Assembly: GCF_964355755.1 (NCBI RefSeq)
Contig: NC_092671.1
Span: 9,548,001 to 9,612,000 of the forward strand
Source: Antedon mediterranea
Lineage: Eukaryota > Animalia > Echinodermata
Length of the DNA: 64,000 nt
Direction of reading: 5' to 3'
The stretch's first letter is position 1. The number at the start of each line of letters is the position of its first letter. This document shows, piece after piece, positions 58,005-64,000 of this stretch. The position numbers and the translations under genes were made by a program. The notes under the pieces were generated by a model. The model searched no databases, was not told the origin of the DNA, and was given only the letters and a program-made list of their open reading frames with translations.

Positions 58005-58232
58005 TTTATAGTAGTTACATTAAAATATACATAATACATTTATATATAAAGCAAAATATTTTGATACTGTATTATATTATGCTGAGTTATACCCTACGAA
58101 AAGAGATATGACGATAAAAGGGAATAAGTTATATTAGTTCAAATTTACAGTAAAATATATATTATACATTTAATATTTAGGCCTAAAACAAAGTATTTTT
58201 ATATTGTACTATATTATGCTGAGTATACCGTA
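57964..58232 (+). repeat. Degenerate tandem duplication (~115-140-bp unit) spanning the DSL-gene stop codon
   Basis: ATGCTGA...GATATGA(CGA)TAAAAGGGAATAA...TACATTTA occurs at 57964 and 58079, with a partial third start (ATGCTGAGTATACCGTACG) at 58216. Confidence 0.7.
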
Positions 58233-58385
58233 CGTTTGTACATAGACTGGATTACAAAACGGATAACACACGGTGTGTTTTTCTACTAAGGCTCGTTTTG
58301 GTTGTTCTGTACACCTTATACAACGCATGTACATCATAATTTTATAAAATAATATATAAAATAGTTGTCCTATGAAAATTGCCCT

Positions 58386-58540
58386 AGGGTAGTTTGTTCT
58401 AGTCACTGGGTAGTTGTCCTAGTGGGTAGTTGTCATAGGAGGTAGTTGTTCTAGGGGGTAGTTTTCCTAGGGGGTAGTTGTTCGGGTGGTAGTTATCCTA
58501 GTGTAGTAGTTTTCCTAGTAGTAATTGCCCGGTGGTAGTT
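58386..58540. repeat. Tandem ~15-bp GGGTAGTTGTCCTAG array, probably TIR-element subterminal repeats
   Basis: About 9 imperfect units. A reverse-complement-like motif GGACAATTACCCCCC occurs at 44730. Confidence 0.7.
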
Positions 58541-59328
58541 ATAGTTATAGGAACATATGTACATTTTTATCAATGGTAAAAAATAAAGAAAAAAGTGGTA
58601 ATATATAACAATGAAACAATACAACAATACCATTAATAGATGATCTTGCAAAAAGATATTTCTTGTCACGCAAGACCCATAGACGAAATAAAAAGATATT
58701 GTAGATAGTGTATACAAACGACTCATGCAATGCAGCATATGCCACGTAGTAGTTTAATGACTCAAAGGTATCTGGTGGTATGGTTCTATATTAGTGCAAT
58801 TATTTCGCTTTCGAAATTATTCGAATACTGTCGTTAGAATATGGTGCTTTTTTATTATAGCGGTTCGATTCTACCTATAGACAGTCAAACACAATTCAAT
58901 CATGTGTCATAATTGACAACATATTATTATTCATAATTATAGTTTATGGATGTTTGGGAAAGACAAATGATGAAAATCTAAATTTAGTTTTATTAGATTT
59001 TTGTGAGAATGAGAACAATCCTCCCATCCGAGATTCAAACCCGGAATTTTCTTCTTGATATGCAAATACCCTAAATGGTATGGTTCGGATTGATAGCCAC
59101 TCTTTCGACGTGTTACGTATAATGTACATTATTTACTCGACGTAGAGGCGTTTAGGCCTACTGACAGCGGCGATTATGAACAAGTTTCGGTTGTTGTACC
59201 TAAAGCTTGGTTTCAACTATAGTCGAAACCAAACTTTAATTCGACAGCGGTTATGGGGATAACGTTTGTCTCGTACGTTATTTAACCGACAGCAGCACTT
59301 GTTTCATCATTAATGACGGTGGTCTGTG

Positions 59329-59519
59329 CATTGGCGTAACTGCTATGAGCGCTCACTGGCTAAATCCAGGGGCCCCGGATCTTATGAGGGCCTCTGAGCA
59401 GTGTCCAGAGAGAAGACACTGGCATGTCGAAACGGCCAAAAACACTCAAGACCTCCCGCGTTGGAGGGTCACTTGGGGTTCCTAAGCCAGGGGCATCAGG
59501 CCTCTGCGTTACGCCACTG
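59329..59519. mobile_element. hAT-like MITE
   Basis: CATTGGCGTAAC...GTTACGCCACTG termini (11/12 match), flanked by CTGTG on both sides. Confidence 0.7.
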
Positions 59520-59701
59520 CTGTGTTACAATGTTGTCTCAGGTATAAGTAAATCTATCTAAACAATGAGTTAGTTGCTTTAGTATTGTAAATATCGTTTT
59601 AATGATTTTGTTATTAAAAAATACTGAACTGTAATAAACAGCTGATGTCAAAATGTTGTTATTTTCACTTGCCAAAGCCACACCACAATTAAATACATTT
59701 C

Positions 59702-59874
59702 GTTGATATAAAGTTTGTTTATATTTAGTTCTGTTGAGTTTATAATATATTTCCAGTTACTGGCCGGACATTCTGCATTCTCACTCCCGAGGACAATCAA
59801 GGCATATTGATCCGATCGAGATGTCAGTCAGTCAGAACTAAATATACGTTGTGTACCGCAAACTTTATATCAAC
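59702..59874. mobile_element. Nested inverted-repeat non-autonomous element, unclassified
   Basis: Outer pair GTTGATATAAAGTTTG / CAAACTTTATATCAAC. Inner pair TATATTTAGTTCTG / CAGAACTAAATATA. Confidence 0.55.
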
Positions 59875-60937
59875 ATAATTATTGAGTTCGCCATGCACAC
59901 CTTCTGAGAAATAAAAACATGCGTGTAGACCGTGTGCAACCATTCCTGTAAATTGCTTTTACAATGTCATACTTTATTTTAGCTTATGTGACCACGGAGG
60001 AAATAATCTTCGAGTTGTTGGCCGGATCACAAACGTTACATTTGTAACGTAAATATTACTAAATAAGCGAGCGTAAAAAATACCACAGGGTTTAACACGA
60101 ACCGTGTTACTCGATTCTCGTATACGGTATCAAGTTTATCGACAACAAACATATCCTACAGTTGCTTGTCTGCGGACTAAAAACGTCACCTACATGGGTT
60201 ACTGTTTATGCCTGTTACCCCCGCTTGATTTTCCCCGTGTGCGGAGTTTCTTGTTTGACACCGTACGCGAATCGGTTGCTTGTTAGATGTGTAAGCGCTC
60301 TACCATTAGACCACCTTACGATTTACAAAAGACAATAAAATGATTACGCTTTCATAATTTATCGTTCAGAACAGAGAGTTGTACGTAATACCATTGTCAA
60401 GTAAAATACCATAGCAACACCGAAAAGCAAGCACAACGCCCAACGGACAAAACTATTAGACCTAAACGGATATAAAACCAACCCAAACTGTCAAAAATAT
60501 TTGTGACAGAAGACAAAACAATTTAATGAAAAAAAAATATTGATGATGCCTCTGTTTTTACAGATCTCAATTACGTCAATTCTCAGTGAATGGTTTTCTT
60601 TTGATCTTAACATAATCCATTGACAATGCTCACTCAGGTGTCTCAATAGTCAATAGATAGGAGGCGTGATGGCCCTTATGTACTCGAGAAAACACAAAAC
60701 TTAGTAACTCCGCAAACCACACGACTGAGAGTGCATACGGGATATATTGCGCATTTTGTATGACAAATAGTTTGACATATTATTCATCAGAACAACTGTA
60801 CCTGTATTTTACTTCAACCTGCAAATTATTATGGATAAACAATTGGATATAATTTGTTAACACTGCTTTAAAATATTTTATTAAATTTAAAAAGAAACTT
60901 CTTGATCGTTTTATATTTCGTGCAAAAACTGTTTACA

Positions 60938-62887
60938 ATGGAGATCGTGTCGTGGAGCCAGACATTATTTATAAAACACATGATAATAATATTAACTTTA
61001 CTGCCATGCTGTGTATTAGGTAAGTAGATTTTCGTACTCTTCTTTTTTCTATTTTTTATTTATTGTCATTAATTATTGTAAAACATTTCACAATTAATTA
61101 ATTGTTATTTAAAAATTAAGTAAGTCCTCTTTTATCAATACAAAATTAATAGCCATTTATTATTTTAGTATTACATTTTCAATGACAACGAATAAATCTT
61201 TGGTAATTAAATTCTACGTTGCATATTTTAGATAAACCAATTTATAAGAGTGAGAAAATAGAGATTGAACTTTTTCGCAATTATTTGAGACATAGTGTAT
61301 AGAACTTATTATTGAATCTCATCTATTTAATTTGTAATACTTATTCAGCCATTTTCCTTAGAAAGATAATGATGGTCAGAAAATTCCAACTAGGACAAAT
61401 CCCTTTGGAGACCCATATTAAGGGACACTTTCCCGTGACACGAACGAACGGCAATGTATAGACGTTTAAACACTGCGGCCAGAAACGTGTGGTACACTTT
61501 AGATACCGACTATGTCTTAATATAATATATAGAACATAATATTATCATGTTCTGTGATAATTCTATTTATAACATTAAACTACTAATAGTTTTATTTATA
61601 CTATGTAAATCTGTTGGCTTCTTCTTAAATAAACCAGGACTTTTACAACAGCTTACTGCATTCCAATAGAAACCTGTAAGACGATGTTCCTTGTTGAAAT
61701 TGTTTACCTATTGTTGGTCTATTATTGTACGAAAATGACTCGTTCACACATAGAGGAATTAGTAAATCATGTATGGTCCGCAGCAATGTGAAGAAGGTCA
61801 AAGAAAACAAAAACGATTAAATCTAACTCATTCACAATTATACAATAGTTGAATGCATTATTTTCAATGGCCTATCGGTCTACGCCCATGCCGGTTTTCA
61901 AGTTTTTACAAGAATCTTTAAAATCACCAGCGAGAAACATCGTATAAATATTTCTATCTTTAAGCCGATTTTCCATTAGGCGAATTTATTCGCGCGAATC
62001 GAAAGCGTCAGCATATACGCTTGCGTAGAGAGGGAATTGGAAGATGTAATACATGAATACGCATGCGTATATTAAGCTGGCGCTTTCGATTCGCGCGAAC
62101 AAATTCGCCTAGTGGAAAATCGGCTTAACGTCCTCTTATGCCACAAAATGTTTTCAAAAAGTTTATCATGCTCGGATGTAGGTGGAGTGGTGTTTTTATT
62201 TTGTGTATATTATTATATATATATTTAATTTGTTTTTCACTGTAAACCAGTTATTTTTAACGAAGGCGCTATTTATTACAATGTCTTTATCCATCGATTT
62301 AATTTTGTCAAGTCATAAAACATAGGATGTAAAATCGATGATTTTCTCATGGGGAGGGAGTGGCTGTGTTTTTTTTTATAGTTTGGTAACTAAATAAATT
62401 AACTACGGAATGGGCCAGGTGAAAATATATAGGTTTGTATATGAAAGTATTCAATAGTGTTTTCAAACTACATACGTAAGGTTTGAAATTTGAAAAAGGC
62501 AGCACTTGCACGGCCGCCGGTTATGGAACGCCTAATTCATATCACTAGAATCATAGACAATTTACAACCTTTCATGCTTTTTTACGGAATTTTCCTATGT
62601 TATACCGTTTAATTATATAGAATCGGGTAATTTTTGCAACGACGTATAGGAAAATACAAAATATAAAACTTGCCGTGTGGAGCTTAATTGACCAAGACGA
62701 TCGTTGACGAGGTATAACGAAAGTATAATAATACAATTCCGTATACGCATTGCATTATAAACTACCATCATTACATTCATTTATTCTTTGACAGAAACAA
62801 CCGTATATGAATCAACTACAATGGATTTATACACTGAAGGGGTTACGGACGTTACAGAATCAACAACTCCACAAGCAACAACAGAAG
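60938..62887 (+). CDS. 5' part of a secreted/membrane protein with signal peptide and Thr/Glu-rich mucin-like segment (continues beyond window)
   Basis: Exon 60938-61019 MEIVSWSQTLFIKHMIIILTLLPCCVL with donor AG|GTAAGT (phase 1). It joins exon 62795-62887 ETTVYESTTMDLYTEGVTDVTESTTPQATTE, which has a TTCTTTGACAG acceptor and G|GTAGGT donor. Confidence 0.7.
61963..62125. mobile_element. Palindromic MITE (Harbinger-like)
   Basis: AGCCGATTTTCCATTAGGCGAATTTATTCGCGCGAATCGAAAGCG with its near-perfect reverse complement at the right end. TTA/TAA (TTAA) flanks. Confidence 0.8.
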
Positions 62888-63690
62888 GTAGGTGCAACAA
62901 AAAGCCCGAATTTCGGTGCGAATTTCTGACCAATGTGGAGTACTACTACTACCATCTTTTCCAACAAAATAGATTTTGAAATGTTTACACACGTATACAG
63001 ATCATGTCATATTTGACATGAAACATTATTGGTATTATTGTTAGAAAGTCCAATCGGCCGCTAGGTCGTTGTCGCAACAGTTTTATCCATACCACCAAAC
63101 GCGCATTTTACATTCCACTCATTATCCACAATATTATTTGTTAAAACACATGAAATAATGTTAAAAAATCTCTCCCCCGTTCTACAGTTCAAAGTACAAC
63201 TATACTAATCTGAAGAAAAAACATGATATATAATATATGATAATTGAATCACAAACGTTGTATTATTATTTATAATGGTTAGCCTAAAAAATGTGAGATT
63301 TCTTCAATGCATTGTCATTTTTTTTCTTTAAAATACTGGCGACACATTATCGTCTAAGAAACTTTTCTATATTTATTTACGCCCATCTCAATACAATATT
63401 TGAAAGAATAACATATCGTGTGATACCACAAAGTTTTCACTGAAATATTATATTCAACCAAGAATCTTTCAAGAAAGCATTAAATGTTGTCAATCAAAAT
63501 GATCTATACAAGTTGGCGACAACGCGGTCTGTTCACACGTAAACGCATTCGACCATGAATACGTTCAAAAGAAACGCCCATTTGGGCGACCATGAAAAAA
63601 CGTTTCATAAGCGCGGTCTTACGCAATTACTATGAAATAATGAATGGCATTGCACCACCGTTTAGTCGCTTTTCATTGTTCGTGTGTCAT

Positions 63691-63850
63691 AGGCCCTGTT
63701 CAGACCCATGGCGTTAGACCGTTTTAGCGTACGACGCTAAAAGAATGTGTGTCTGAACAGTTGGGGATTAGCGTACAACGCGTCGTACAACGGTTGTAGC
63801 GTTGTAGTGGAAAACGGTTGATAGTACCGTTTTAGCGTACGACGCTACTG
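63691..63850. mobile_element. Left end of a Harbinger-like element
   Basis: AGGCCCTGTTCAGAC start. Internal direct repeat CCGTTTTAGCGTACGACGCTA at 63719 and 63827. Right TIR not seen. Confidence 0.45.
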
Positions 63851-64000
63851 TAAGTCAACGTTGTATCCAATCAGAACGTTTCCTGTTATGACGCCAAACA
63901 AGGTTTGACCTAGGCTGACATCTTGTATCGTCAATGTGTGAGATGGATTTCAATAACAAAAAGGCCAGAATAAATAAGGCCTAACTACACTACAAATACA

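Overview
AT-rich, intron-rich animal genomic DNA; the gene and repeat style suggests a marine invertebrate, possibly an echinoderm (inference only). Five multi-exon genes were reconstructed by hand from GT-AG boundaries and reading phase. HMG20A is on + (1497-5164). LRRC71 (7853-20140), SAC3D1 (28963-37021) and an MFSD6-like transporter (37497-40091) are on -. The fifth (+, 47219-58004) is a ~1460-aa type I membrane protein: signal peptide, C2/MNNL-like domain, DSL domain, 27 EGF repeats, juxtamembrane domain, TM and short tail. A sixth, mucin-like secreted/membrane gene starts at 60938 and runs off the window. Introns and intergenic DNA hold many non-autonomous elements: Harbinger-, Kolobok-, Ginger-, IS3EU-, P-, hAT-, Tc1/mariner- and Helentron-like MITEs, tRNA- and 5S-derived SINEs, a CR1-group LINE RT fragment and a truncated Tx1/L1 copy. 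The most notable item is the non-canonical giant DSL (Notch-ligand-like) protein, whose likely signal-peptide exon carries an in-frame TAA in this sequence. All family assignments are from recalled motifs, not database searches.
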